DNA of 51,519 nucleotides from an uncultured Sangeribacter sp. (lineage in GTDB: Bacteria; Bacteroidota; Bacteroidia; Bacteroidales; Muribaculaceae), in assembly GCA_964439505.1 (NCBI GenBank), contig CAYTOR010000001.1:1-51519 (forward strand), read 5' to 3'. The position numbers and the translations under genes were made by a program. Below the pieces are notes generated by a model. It was not told the DNA's origin. It made no database searches and worked only from the letters and a program-made list of their open reading frames with translations. Below, piece after piece: positions 8,764-18,515 of the stretch (position 1 is its first letter; each line of letters starts with the position of its first letter).

Positions 8764-11262
8764 ATGGATCATCTGAGAATATATATCGAGGCCGCTTTCT
8801 CACGGAGTTCCCGTTTCCTTACTGATGATCCGGCTAAGATGGATTTCTCCTTGCTTGATGAACCATCCTTCACGGCCGTGGCCCGGCAATGCGCACCTTC
8901 TCTGTCGGACGACGCACTTAGGCTGATCCATAAACTTTCTGTCAATGACTGGAACCATACAGATTTCATTAACGGGAAAGTCGAAAGGTTACCGCTACCG
9001 AAGGCTTCCTTGATTTTCCGGGCCATTTTCGATGCGGCAGAGAATCTACTCGTACATGACATCGATTGGGTGAAGGTCCGGTTTCAGAATCTGTTCAAAT
9101 GGAGGGAAGTAACACGGCTCGTGGGAGAGGACCTCTTCGTAACGGCATTTCTTGCCGCTGAAGATGCCTTTTCTTACCGGCGGTCGCCCGATATTGGCCG
9201 GAGGTTGGCCTATCCTCCTACCCTGCACAATGACAATCTCGATATAAAATGGCTGATGAATCATGGCCGTCTGCATGAACTCCACACTCATCTTTACGCC
9301 TCGACTAATGTCTTCAATATAAATTGGGTATGCCTGATGAATAAACCCGCCGGACGTTGCAGGACGATAACAAGGATGCTGCGGGTATTGGAAGATGTGG
9401 TTGACAACAAGAAGGTCTTGCAGATTCAGGAACTTATCATCAAGGCAGCCCGTTTCAGGTATGGAGCATGGATGTTGCTGAGCGGGCAATACGACAGGGA
9501 TGAGTTTGAGAAGAAGGTTATAAAGGATATGACCGGAATCATGAGCCAGACTGATGGGAAGAAACTTCAGGCGATCGTATGTGCCTTGAAAGCTCCCGAC
9601 CGTGAAGTCCCGGATTATATAATCCCACCTGACATACCCGACCATTGTCAACGGGATTTCAGGGTCTATCTCGGTGAAAGATATTTTCTCTATAATGCCT
9701 TTCTCTATCTGATCCATAATGACGACAGAAAATTTGTCGGGTGGTTCAGGTTCTATCTTTTGGTAAAGGCATTCCTCCGGGAATATCTCATACAGCTCAA
9801 CGCCAACCATGGATTTGCCAATTTCAAACGGTATCAGGACGTAAAGGGCCTATTCGTTGACAACCATTACCCCTATTCAAGAATGCTCGGCTCTCTGGCT
9901 ATCGCCGATGCCTGGAGGGACAGCAACATCGCCTATCAGGAAGTCAGGATAGCTCCCGCCGCTTCCTGGAAAAAAGGATGGAGGCAAATCAAGGATACCC
10001 TGCATAATATCGACAGCGAACTGGATGCGATGCAAGATCCTGACTCCACGGGAAACTATCTGAAGGAAAAACCTGATTACGGCATCATCTATCATTTTAT
10101 CAAATCACCCGATAGGGTCAGGTATCCTCTGCCTACGACAGGACTGCGCCCAAGAGACTACTCTTCAAGAAAGAATCTGCGGACACAGTCACATATCGTA
10201 AGGTATCTTTTCCACACCGGAGATCTGAAAATAAAGGCGATTGACGCGGCCGCTTCCGAGTTTAATTGCCGGCCGGAAGCGTTCGGACAGGCCTTCCGTT
10301 TCCTTAAACATGCCGGGATGAAGATCACTTTCCATGCCGGTGAGGATTATTACGACATTGCTGATGGGCTCCGTGCTATCGATGAAGCCGTAACGTTCTT
10401 AGGCATGAGCGATGGGGACCGGATTGGACACGCCATAGCAATGGGTATTGACCCCTATTCTTTCTATCGCCGATGCGAACGCCATGTCATTGTCCCGGCC
10501 CAGTGGATGCTTGATAATGTCGTATGGTTGCTGTTCAGATCCGCTGACTGGAATATAAACCTCGAACCTGCCACTGAATCCTTTCTCAGAAACCAATTCC
10601 ATAACCTATATAAGGAAATCTACGGGTCCGGTCAATCCGGGGAAGCGGAAATAACCGAGAGACAATACTTCGACTCCCTCCTATTAAGGAGCGATTACCC
10701 GGACTTCTATATAGGAGATCCGGCCAATAAGACAAATGTCACCGGCTTTTCCGATAGTTGGGATAATTTCCAACTTCTTAATACGCGCATGGCCGCTTTG
10801 GCAAGAAGCAAAGAGGATATATGCCGCCTTTTCAGGCGGTATCATTTCGATCCCGTAGTTCGCACCAATGGAGAGAAGGTATGCGAGTTCAAGGTATGCG
10901 AAGGGTACGCAAGGTTAATCGAACAGATGCAACACCGGATGATGCGCCGTCTGGAAAGAAAACATATAATCATAGAATGTTGCCCGAGTTCCAATCTTCT
11001 TATCGGAAGTCTTGACAAATTCCGCAATCATCCGGCGTTCAGGTTCCATGAAGTAACTCAGGAGCATAACCACCATCTCAAAATTACCCTCAATACAGAT
11101 GACTTAGGGGTATTCCAGACTTCCCTCGCCAACGAATACAGCTACATGGCCCTTGCCTTGGCCAAAGAGAGGGATAAGGACGACAACCCTGTCTTCATGC
11201 CTCATCAAATCAACCAATGGCTGACGACGATCGCCTCCAACGGAGAGAAGAGCAGGTTTTAA
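8764..11262 (+). CDS. rdrB: RADAR system adenosine deaminase RdrB
   Basis: 832 aa. Deaminase metal and catalytic motifs HELHTHL, TFHAGEDY, RIGHAIAMG, IECCPSSN and NTDDLGVFQTSLANEY. Far longer than a housekeeping Add and paired with a P-loop ATPase. Confidence 0.88.
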   Translation: MDHLRIYIEAAFSRSSRFLTDDPAKMDFSLLDEPSFTAVARQCAPSLSDDALRLIHKLSVNDWNHTDFINGKVERLPLPKASLIFRAIFDAAENLLVHDIDWVKVRFQNLFKWREVTRLVGEDLFVTAFLAAEDAFSYRRSPDIGRRLAYPPTLHNDNLDIKWLMNHGRLHELHTHLYASTNVFNINWVCLMNKPAGRCRTITRMLRVLEDVVDNKKVLQIQELIIKAARFRYGAWMLLSGQYDRDEFEKKVIKDMTGIMSQTDGKKLQAIVCALKAPDREVPDYIIPPDIPDHCQRDFRVYLGERYFLYNAFLYLIHNDDRKFVGWFRFYLLVKAFLREYLIQLNANHGFANFKRYQDVKGLFVDNHYPYSRMLGSLAIADAWRDSNIAYQEVRIAPAASWKKGWRQIKDTLHNIDSELDAMQDPDSTGNYLKEKPDYGIIYHFIKSPDRVRYPLPTTGLRPRDYSSRKNLRTQSHIVRYLFHTGDLKIKAIDAAASEFNCRPEAFGQAFRFLKHAGMKITFHAGEDYYDIADGLRAIDEAVTFLGMSDGDRIGHAIAMGIDPYSFYRRCERHVIVPAQWMLDNVVWLLFRSADWNINLEPATESFLRNQFHNLYKEIYGSGQSGEAEITERQYFDSLLLRSDYPDFYIGDPANKTNVTGFSDSWDNFQLLNTRMAALARSKEDICRLFRRYHFDPVVRTNGEKVCEFKVCEGYARLIEQMQHRMMRRLERKHIIIECCPSSNLLIGSLDKFRNHPAFRFHEVTQEHNHHLKITLNTDDLGVFQTSLANEYSYMALALAKERDKDDNPVFMPHQINQWLTTIASNGEKSRF

Positions 11263-11297
11263 CCCCGAGGAGGTTTTAACTACAAGTAGATTTTAAC
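11254..11297 (+). repeat. Three AGRTTTTAAC direct repeats with 17-bp period
   Basis: Copies start at 11254, 11271 and 11288. The first contains the rdrB stop codon. Confidence 0.65.
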
Positions 11298-11318
11298 TAA
11301 AGGAAATTGAACTGAAAG

Positions 11319-12485
11319 ATGTCAATCAAGATAATCAGGACCTCGACGATTCCTAAATCCCTGAAGGGATTCTGCAACGGATTGCTCCGCGAACTGAAGG
11401 AAAAGGAAGGATACGAAGTTGTAGCGGTTTCTTCTCCGGGGGAAGACTTGGAGATTGTGGCTAACCGTGAGGGGGTCCGGACGCATGGCGTACCGATGGA
11501 GCGGCACATCTCGCCGCTGAAGGACCTGAAGAGTCTTTGGGGATTGATTAGGGTCTTCCGTCAGGAACGGCCTACTATGGTCCATTCGATGACACCGAAG
11601 GCCGGATTGCTGTCGATGATGGCGGGATGGATATGTCGCGTGCCGGTGCGGATACATACTTTTACAGGACTGGTCTTCCCCACTTCCACGGGCCTCAAGC
11701 AGAAAATCCTAATCCTGACTGACCGCCTTACCTGCGCTTGTGCCACCCATGTCATACCTGAAGGGGAAGGTGTGAAGGCGGACCTGACCAATTACCGAAT
11801 TACCCGCAAGCCGCTTCGTATCCTTGGCCACGGAAACGTGAAGGGGATCGACATGAAGCGCTTTGACCCGACGCGAGAGGAGATTCTTTCAGAAGCCAAG
11901 CGTATCCGTCGGGATTTGAAAATCGGCGATGATGATTTTGTGTTCGTTTTTGTCGGGAGATTGGTCGGTGATAAGGGTATCAACGAATTAGTCGAGGCTT
12001 TCGCCCGACTTCGGAGTAAATATCCGCGGTGCCGGCTGATATTGGTCGGTCCGGAGGAAGCGGACCTCGATCCGTTGCGACCGGAGACGCTCCGAGAGAT
12101 CTCGGAGAATGACGGGATAGAGGCCGTAGGGAGTCAGACGGAAGTCCGGCCTTGGTATATGGCCGGTCATGTCTTTGTCTTTCCTTCGTACCGTGAAGGA
12201 TTTCCCAACTGTGTAATTGAGGCCGGCGCGATGGGGATGCCGTCGATAGTGACCGACATCAACGGTTCGCGGGAAATCATTTTGGAAGGACAGAACGGCG
12301 TCATCATCCCATCGAAGGACGCCAAGGCACTTTACGATGCCATGGAGCGGATGATGACGGACGCTGACACGCGGCAGCGTATGGCCTCCAACGCCCGTCA
12401 GCTCATCGCCTCTCGTTTCGAGCAAAGCTACGTCCGCCAATGCCTCAAAGACTTCTACCGCGAAGTCTTAGGGACCAAAAAATAG
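11319..12485 (+). CDS. GT4 glycosyltransferase (CapM/PglA-like)
   Basis: HSMTPKAGLL, VGRLVGDKGINEL and PSYREGFPNCVIEAGAMG. Lies upstream of the PglC-type transferase. Confidence 0.9.
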   Translation: MSIKIIRTSTIPKSLKGFCNGLLRELKEKEGYEVVAVSSPGEDLEIVANREGVRTHGVPMERHISPLKDLKSLWGLIRVFRQERPTMVHSMTPKAGLLSMMAGWICRVPVRIHTFTGLVFPTSTGLKQKILILTDRLTCACATHVIPEGEGVKADLTNYRITRKPLRILGHGNVKGIDMKRFDPTREEILSEAKRIRRDLKIGDDDFVFVFVGRLVGDKGINELVEAFARLRSKYPRCRLILVGPEEADLDPLRPETLREISENDGIEAVGSQTEVRPWYMAGHVFVFPSYREGFPNCVIEAGAMGMPSIVTDINGSREIILEGQNGVIIPSKDAKALYDAMERMMTDADTRQRMASNARQLIASRFEQSYVRQCLKDFYREVLGTKK

Positions 12486-12595
12486 CTTCCAATAATACGC
12501 CAACTGCCCTGCAGAGCAGGGATATACATTAGGCCCATAACACCACAGGACGGTGGTGCGGGTAACAGAGAGCATCCCCGGCGTCGGCTAAAAGG

Positions 12596-13025
12596 CTCAC
12601 GCTGAGGCGCTGAGGCGCTGAGGTTTTGCTCCGGAAGGCTCAATCTACCGGAATATATTCTACGCCAATGGCGCCAAGCCCGCGAAGAAGGCAAAGGCGC
12701 GGAGTTTGGCCGGCTACGCCGGCGTAATACCAACGCCTGACGCAACCCCTCCTTCAGAGATCGTAAGAAAGAATTTTTAAGACCTAAAGTTATTTCGATA
12801 GTAGTTTACCAAAGGATAATGTAACTAAAGCGAGCGAAGCAATGCGTCCCCTCCGCGCCCTTCGCCTTCACAGCGGTCTTGCGACCCGTCATCGAATCTT
12901 GACGTCGAATCCTGGCAGCGTCTAAACTCAGCGTTACTCTGCGGCTCTGCGTGAGAAAAATTTAATAGCGTGAGGTTCAAGGTATTAAAAAGGAGAAGTA
13001 AGAAGATTAATGGCTCACGCTGAGG
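12596..13025. repeat. Nested imperfect inverted-repeat element (MITE/REPIN-like)
   Basis: Outer arms 12596-12622 and 12927-12955, inner arms 12672-12704 and 12851-12883. An extra copy of CTCACGCTGAGG lies at 13014-13025. Confidence 0.6.
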
Positions 13026-13100
13026 CCCGAGATAAAGAGGTGTTAGAAAGAAATTAGGGGAGGAAAGAGGTATCGCGAGGGAATAGGGGCAAAAGAAGAA

Positions 13101-13715
13101 ATGAAGTTATATAGGGATTTTTTCAAGAGGGTGATTGACGTGACGGCATCCGCCGGAGTGTTGGCTGTGTTGGCCGTGCCACTGGGGCTTGTGACCCTCT
13201 GGCTGCACTTCGCCAACAAGGGCGCCGGCGCGTTCTTCCGGCAGGAACGCCCGGGGAAGAACGGGATGATTTTCCGCGTCGTCAAGTTCAAGACGATGAC
13301 CGATGAACGGGATGCCGACGGCAACCTCCTACCCGATGCCGACCGGTTGACGAAGGTAGGCCGCTTCGTCCGCTCGACCTCCATCGACGAACTCCCCCAA
13401 CTTTGGAACGTCCTTGTCGGGGACATGTCGTTGATCGGTCCGCGACCACTCCTGCCCCAGTACCTTCCGCTCTACTCCCCCGAACAGGCCCGACGCCATG
13501 ACGTCCGCCCCGGCATAACCGGTTGGGCGCAGTGCCACGGCCGCAACGCCATCTCCTGGACAAAGAAATTCGAGTTGGACGTCTGGTACGTCGACCATAT
13601 CTCTTTCAAGACGGATTGCTCAGTGGTATGGACTACGCTGATGAAGGTGCTGAAACGGGCGGATATAAATTCCGAGAACGCGGTGACTATGGAAGCCTTT
13701 AATGGAAAAAATTAA
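13101..13715 (+). CDS. Monotopic phosphoglycosyl transferase (bacterial sugar transferase, PglC/EpsL-like)
   Basis: KRVID, FFRQERPG, KFKTM, SIDELPQLWNV, GDMSLIGPRP and RPGITGWAQ. Confidence 0.93.
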   Translation: MKLYRDFFKRVIDVTASAGVLAVLAVPLGLVTLWLHFANKGAGAFFRQERPGKNGMIFRVVKFKTMTDERDADGNLLPDADRLTKVGRFVRSTSIDELPQLWNVLVGDMSLIGPRPLLPQYLPLYSPEQARRHDVRPGITGWAQCHGRNAISWTKKFELDVWYVDHISFKTDCSVVWTTLMKVLKRADINSENAVTMEAFNGKN

Positions 13716-13798
13716 GGACCTCCGGGGATGCTAAGTAAAAAGTAGGAAGGAATAAGTAATAAGGGGGATAAGGTAATTTAAGTAGGGGAAAGGAATTT

Positions 13799-14449
13799 AT
13801 GAAGAAGATTGCGTTATACGGGGCCGGAGGATTAGGCCATGAGGTTGCGGCGGCTATCCGCAACCGTTGGGTCCGGGAATCGGAGGATTGGGAGATCATC
13901 GGTTATTTCGACGACCGGGATTTCTCTGAAGCTCCGGAACATCATCTACTTGGCCGTTGGTTGGGCGGAATAGAGGCCTTGAACTCCTGGGCGGAACCGA
14001 TCGGAGTCATCCTCTGCTTCGGAAGCCCCGGTACCCGATTGGCAGTTGCAGATAAGATACAGAATCCATTGGTGGAGTTTCCGAACTGCATCTCTTCTGA
14101 CTTCAAGGTTTCAGATACCCGGACTTTTACCATTGGTCACGGAAATGTGATTCAAGGCAGATGCGTCGCAACCTCTGACGTCACCGTAGGAAATTTCAAT
14201 CTCCTGAACGGAAGTGTGGCTTTGGGGCATGATGTCACCATCGGCGATGGGAACGTCGTCATGCCGGGATGCCGCATAAGCGGTGAGGTCTCGATTAAGG
14301 ACCGGAATCTGTTAGGGGCTATGTCTTTCATCAAGCAAGGATTAAAAGTCGGCTCGGAGATTACCCTCTCTCCTCTCTCGGCGTTGCTTACCAAACCCAA
14401 GGACGGCAACACTTATATCGGCAATCCCGCCAAGATCTTTAAGTTCTGA
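13799..14449 (+). CDS. PglD/NeuD-family hexapeptide-repeat sugar N-acyltransferase
   Basis: N-terminal YGAGGLG and FDD, left-handed beta-helix repeats with the catalytic GHD, and C-terminal GNPAK. Confidence 0.88.
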   Translation: MKKIALYGAGGLGHEVAAAIRNRWVRESEDWEIIGYFDDRDFSEAPEHHLLGRWLGGIEALNSWAEPIGVILCFGSPGTRLAVADKIQNPLVEFPNCISSDFKVSDTRTFTIGHGNVIQGRCVATSDVTVGNFNLLNGSVALGHDVTIGDGNVVMPGCRISGEVSIKDRNLLGAMSFIKQGLKVGSEITLSPLSALLTKPKDGNTYIGNPAKIFKF

Positions 14450-14497
14450 ATAAAGTAATACAAAAAACGAAATATTAACGAAATAATAAGATATAAA

Positions 14498-14728
14498 ATG
14501 GAAATCAAGGAATTTATCGAAAATTTTGCTGATCAGTTTGACGATACGGATGCTTCTGAGATCACCGCGGCGACCATATTCAAGGATCTCGATGAGTGGT
14601 CTTCGCTGACGGCCCTGAGCATCATCGCCATGGTCGACGAGGAGTATGACGTCACTCTCAAGGGCGACGATATCCGCAATGCCTCCACCGTGGAAGATCT
14701 CTTCAATATCGTCAGCGAAAAGGCTTAA
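14498..14728 (+). CDS. Acyl carrier protein 1
   Basis: 76-aa acidic protein with DEWSSL (a variant of DSL) and TVEDL. Confidence 0.88.
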   Translation: MEIKEFIENFADQFDDTDASEITAATIFKDLDEWSSLTALSIIAMVDEEYDVTLKGDDIRNASTVEDLFNIVSEKA

Positions 14729-14755
14729 TTTAATCATTACTGTTTTTCTTTGCCC

Positions 14756-15790
14756 ATGGCTTTCTTACGATTCAATAACTGCCGGATCGCGGGCTTCAGC
14801 GCCGGTGTTCCGCGCAATGTGGAACCGACCGTCTCCACCACCGATCAGTATGCCGCCAAGGAATATATGGAGACGACGGGGATCCTGGAAAAGCGGTTCT
14901 CGAATGACTTCACCACATCCGATCTCTGTCTGCCTGCCGCCGAAAGACTTATAGCGGATCTCGGTTGGGACCGCAAGGAGATCGACGGACTGATCTTCGT
15001 CAGCCAGACTCCTGACTATATCCTTCCGGCCACGTCCTGCGTCCTGCATGGTAAATTAGGTTTGCCTAAATCCTGTATGTGCCTTGATATCTCGCTCGGT
15101 TGTTCGGGCTGGGTCTATGGCGTAGCCACGGCGATGGGGATGGTCGAATCGGGATTCCTGCGCAAGGTACTTGTGCTTGCCGGCGACGCCCGTAAGCACG
15201 CAGAAGAAGAACCTGATCAGCTTTTCGGCTTTGCCGGGACGGTAACGGCCATCGAATATGACCCGGAGAAGGCCGCCCCGACAATGATTCAGTTGGGGTC
15301 GGACGGCACGGGCTATGACGCAATCATCCGTCCGGGAGGTGGTACCCGCAACCGTTTTACCGCTGATTCGCTTACCCTCGAAGAGTGTGAGGACGGACGC
15401 AGACGTCATGCCTTGCAGACCAGGATGAAGGGAATGGACGTCTTCGCCTTCGGCATCACCACGGCCCCAAAGTCGATAAAGCAAATTTCCAAGGAGTTTG
15501 GGTTTGACTGGCAGGATTATGATTTCTTCGTCTTTCATCAGGCCAACCGGATGATGAACGAGACAATCCGGAAGAAGCTCAAACTGGAGGAAGCGAAGGT
15601 TCCGTATAGCATGACCCATTTCGGCAACACTTCCTCGGCGTCTATACCACTGACGATAGTCACTCAGCTTGCCGGCAAGTTGCAAGGACATAAGAAACTT
15701 ATCGGCTGCGCTTTCGGCGTCGGTCTGTCATGGGGCACAATCGCCTTTGAGACCGACAGCCCTGTCATCTCTGAACTTATTGAATTATAA
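14756..15790 (+). CDS. 3-oxoacyl-ACP synthase III (FabH-like) 1
   Basis: Cys-His-Asn triad motifs LGCSG, FHQAN and GNTSSAS, plus [11 protein letters not shown] at 14756 preferred over TTG at 14750. Confidence 0.9.
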   Translation: MAFLRFNNCRIAGFSAGVPRNVEPTVSTTDQYAAKEYMETTGILEKRFSNDFTTSDLCLPAAERLIADLGWDRKEIDGLIFVSQTPDYILPATSCVLHGKLGLPKSCMCLDISLGCSGWVYGVATAMGMVESGFLRKVLVLAGDARKHAEEEPDQLFGFAGTVTAIEYDPEKAAPTMIQLGSDGTGYDAIIRPGGGTRNRFTADSLTLEECEDGRRRHALQTRMKGMDVFAFGITTAPKSIKQISKEFGFDWQDYDFFVFHQANRMMNETIRKKLKLEEAKVPYSMTHFGNTSSASIPLTIVTQLAGKLQGHKKLIGCAFGVGLSWGTIAFETDSPVISELIEL

Positions 15791-15795
15791 AATTT

Positions 15796-16542
15796 ATGGA
15801 AAATCCTTTTTCTTTAGAAGGGAAAACGATATTGGTCACCGGGGCTTCCTCGGGTATCGGACGGGCCACAGCCGTCGAGGCCTCCAGGATGGGAGCGCGT
15901 ATAGTGCTTGTGGCCCGCGATGAGGCTCGGCTGGCGCAGACCCTTGATTCCTTGCAGGGGGAGGGTCACAGCATCATCGCCGCTGACCTTACGGATGCGG
16001 ATGCGCTCGCTCGGGTTGTGGAGGAGTGCGGTTCTTTGGATGGTGCGGTTTTCTGTGCGGGCAAAGGATTGACTCTGCCGGTCCAATTCTGCGACCGGGC
16101 TCATTTCGATGAGATCTTCAATATCAATTTCTTCTCGACCGCGGAACTTCTACGTCTGCTGTACAAGAAGAAGCGTATCTCGAAGGGTGCTTCGATTGTC
16201 TTGTTGGCTTCGATGGGTGGTACGCACGTCTTCTCGGGGGGCAACAGCATCTATGGAGCTTCGAAGGCGGCCTTGGATTCTTTCATGAAGTTCGCCGCCA
16301 AGGAGTTCGCCGCAAGGAAGGTGCGCGTCAACAGCATCTGTCCGGCAATGGTGGATACCCCTCTGATTCATCGTGGAACAGTTTCCGACGAACAGCTTGC
16401 AGAGGATGCCAAGCGCTATCCGCTCAAGCGATATGGACAGCCGGAGGATATCGCCTACGCCGCCATCTATCTCCTCTCGCCGGCCTCGGCGTGGGTGACA
16501 GGCACCTCTGTCATCGTCGACGGCGGACTGTCGTTAGCCTGA
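15796..16542 (+). CDS. SDR oxidoreductase, FabG-like ketoacyl-ACP reductase
   Basis: [13 protein letters not shown] and RVNSICP. Located between ACP and FabH genes. Confidence 0.88.
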   Translation: MENPFSLEGKTILVTGASSGIGRATAVEASRMGARIVLVARDEARLAQTLDSLQGEGHSIIAADLTDADALARVVEECGSLDGAVFCAGKGLTLPVQFCDRAHFDEIFNINFFSTAELLRLLYKKKRISKGASIVLLASMGGTHVFSGGNSIYGASKAALDSFMKFAAKEFAARKVRVNSICPAMVDTPLIHRGTVSDEQLAEDAKRYPLKRYGQPEDIAYAAIYLLSPASAWVTGTSVIVDGGLSLA

Positions 16543-16555
16543 TTCCAACAACCAG

Positions 16556-16634
16556 GGAGGTGCGCAATACATTGCGCCCGCGAAGAACACCGAATTTACC
16601 GGAAGAAAGTAGGGGCGCAATACATTGCGCCCGC
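16556..16634 (+). repeat. Two type A REP-like palindromes (16556-16581, 16609-16634)
   Basis: GGAGGTGCGCAATACATTGCGCCCGC and an exact GTAGGGGCGCAATACATTGCGCCCGC. Confidence 0.85.
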
Positions 16635-16683
16635 CAAGAATTACGAATTATTCCTATAAAGAGTAAAGTAAATCATTCCTACA

Positions 16684-16920
16684 ATGGATAAAAGCAATCA
16701 AATAAAATCCATCATAGCAGAAACACTGAAGATTAATCCGGAAGAGGTCACCGATGACCTCGGGATCGGGGCTATCCCTCAGTGGGATTCGATGGGCAAC
16801 ATGGCGGTCATAGCCGCCCTGGAGGAGCAACTCGGCATCGAGTTTCCCTTGGAGGATCTCTTTGATCTCAATTCCGTCAAGGCTATCATCGAGGAAATCG
16901 GGAAGATTACCGAAGCATGA
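16684..16920 (+). CDS. Acyl carrier protein 2
   Basis: 78-aa acidic protein with a WDSM phosphopantetheine motif. Stop overlaps the ligase start. Confidence 0.85.
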   Translation: MDKSNQIKSIIAETLKINPEEVTDDLGIGAIPQWDSMGNMAVIAALEEQLGIEFPLEDLFDLNSVKAIIEEIGKITEA

Positions 16921-18473
16921 ATCTTATCAATATCTCACATAGTCCCGTCTTGGAGGCGGTGTTTGCCCATGCGGGCCGCACTCCTGACAAGACGGCCATC
17001 GTCACCGTCGACGGCTCCACTGTCTCCTATTCCGCACTCGTCCGCAATATCCTGCGAGCTGCCTTATGGCTCTCTGAAAAGGGCATCTCGCGCGGATCGC
17101 GGGTGATGATCTCGGCTGAGAAGGAGGTGGAGTTCATCTATCTTTATCTCGCATCTCATCTCTTGGGAGCGGTTAATGTGGTGGTCGACGCTCATAACGA
17201 CACCGATCATCTTCAGTATATAGCCGAAAAGACCCAACCCGCGCTATTCATCGGACTGGATCTTCCTGAAACCGAAACTATTGCCTACGGAGATATTCAT
17301 CTGCCCGCAGCGTCGGACGAGATGGAAGTTGAGGAACTGATTGGCCGGATTGTCGAACTCAGAAAGTCTTCGGAACCACTCAATTCAGAAGACACAGCGG
17401 ATATCATGTTCACTTCCGGCACTACCGGCAACCCGAAGGGAGTCCTGCTCTCCCATGCCAATATCGCCGGATCGGCTTTGAATATCAATTCCTTCATCGG
17501 AAACGGCAGCGATGACGTGGAACTGCTCGGACTGCCGCTGTGCCATTCCTTCGGGTTGGGGCGATTGAGATGCAATATGCTTACGGGAGCGGCCGTAGTG
17601 CTCCATAACGGATTCGCCAACCTTAAGTCCGTATTCTCGGCCTTCGAAATATACAATATTACCGGATTCGGGATGGTCCCGGCGATCTGGGCCTATATCA
17701 AACGATTCAGCGGAACGCGCATAGCCCGCTACGCACCGCAGATCCGATATATCGAGATCGGTAGCGCGGCCCTGCCCGAAGAGGACAAGCGCATGCTCTC
17801 GGAAATCTTCCCTGACACCCGCATCTGCATGCACTATGGTCTGACGGAAGCCTCGCGCTCGGCTTTCGTGGAATTTCATGACGACAAGGAACATCTCGGC
17901 TCTGTCGGACGCCGGGTCGGCGACCAAGTGGAGATAGCCGTTTTCGATTCCGACGGCCATAGACTACCTGCCGGCGAGGAGGGTGAGATCTGTGTCCGGG
18001 GTAACATGGTGACCAAGGGCTATCTGGATCCCGCCGATTCTGAGGATGCTTTCTATAGGGATGATCGCGCGCAGTTAAGTTACATAGATGGGAACGGTGA
18101 AGGGCATATCCGCGGCGATTTCTTCCGCACGGGCGACGGCGGACGCATGGATGAGGAGGGTTATGTCTATTTAACAGACCGCATCAAGGAGATCATAAAT
18201 GTCGGAGGCAAGAAGGTCAGTCCGGTCGAGATCGAAGAGACGGCAAAGAGAATATCCGGGGCGGAGTCTGTCTGCATGGCAGTGCCGGATCCCACCGGGA
18301 TCCTGGGGGAAGTGCCGAAACTGCTCGTCCTTAAAAGCTCGCTAACAATGGATCCGGAGGATTTGAGCCGTGCTTTGGCCGAGGACCTGGCGTCTTACAA
18401 GCTCCCCCGGTTCGTCGATGTCGTATCGGCTCTCCCCCTTACGGCCAACGGCAAAAAGAAACGCCACCTATGA
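16917..18473 (+). CDS. AMP-dependent acyl-CoA/acyl-ACP ligase (ANL adenylating enzyme)
   Basis: FTSGTTGNPKG, YGLTE, FRTGD, GGKKVSP and LPLTANGK. Confidence 0.9.
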   Translation: MNLINISHSPVLEAVFAHAGRTPDKTAIVTVDGSTVSYSALVRNILRAALWLSEKGISRGSRVMISAEKEVEFIYLYLASHLLGAVNVVVDAHNDTDHLQYIAEKTQPALFIGLDLPETETIAYGDIHLPAASDEMEVEELIGRIVELRKSSEPLNSEDTADIMFTSGTTGNPKGVLLSHANIAGSALNINSFIGNGSDDVELLGLPLCHSFGLGRLRCNMLTGAAVVLHNGFANLKSVFSAFEIYNITGFGMVPAIWAYIKRFSGTRIARYAPQIRYIEIGSAALPEEDKRMLSEIFPDTRICMHYGLTEASRSAFVEFHDDKEHLGSVGRRVGDQVEIAVFDSDGHRLPAGEEGEICVRGNMVTKGYLDPADSEDAFYRDDRAQLSYIDGNGEGHIRGDFFRTGDGGRMDEEGYVYLTDRIKEIINVGGKKVSPVEIEETAKRISGAESVCMAVPDPTGILGEVPKLLVLKSSLTMDPEDLSRALAEDLASYKLPRFVDVVSALPLTANGKKKRHL

Positions 18474-18515
18474 TTTTCTGATCTGGAACGCCATGTCACT
18501 ACATTAGAAGTTACC

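Noticed and set aside
9046-9810. 254-aa minus-strand ORF inside rdrB
   Set aside because: Antisense shadow with no motif or expression signals.
8764-11262. Housekeeping adenosine or AMP deaminase
   Set aside because: It is much longer than Add and is paired with a KAP-type ATPase, which fits RdrB better.
5784-11262. Claiming the ATPase-deaminase pair as a new system
   Set aside because: The architecture matches the described RADAR system. Only its context and divergent regions are flagged.
12455-12745. 96-aa minus-strand ORF in the repeat gap
   Set aside because: It runs through GC-rich repeat arms, has R/S/P-biased composition and shows no transposase motifs.
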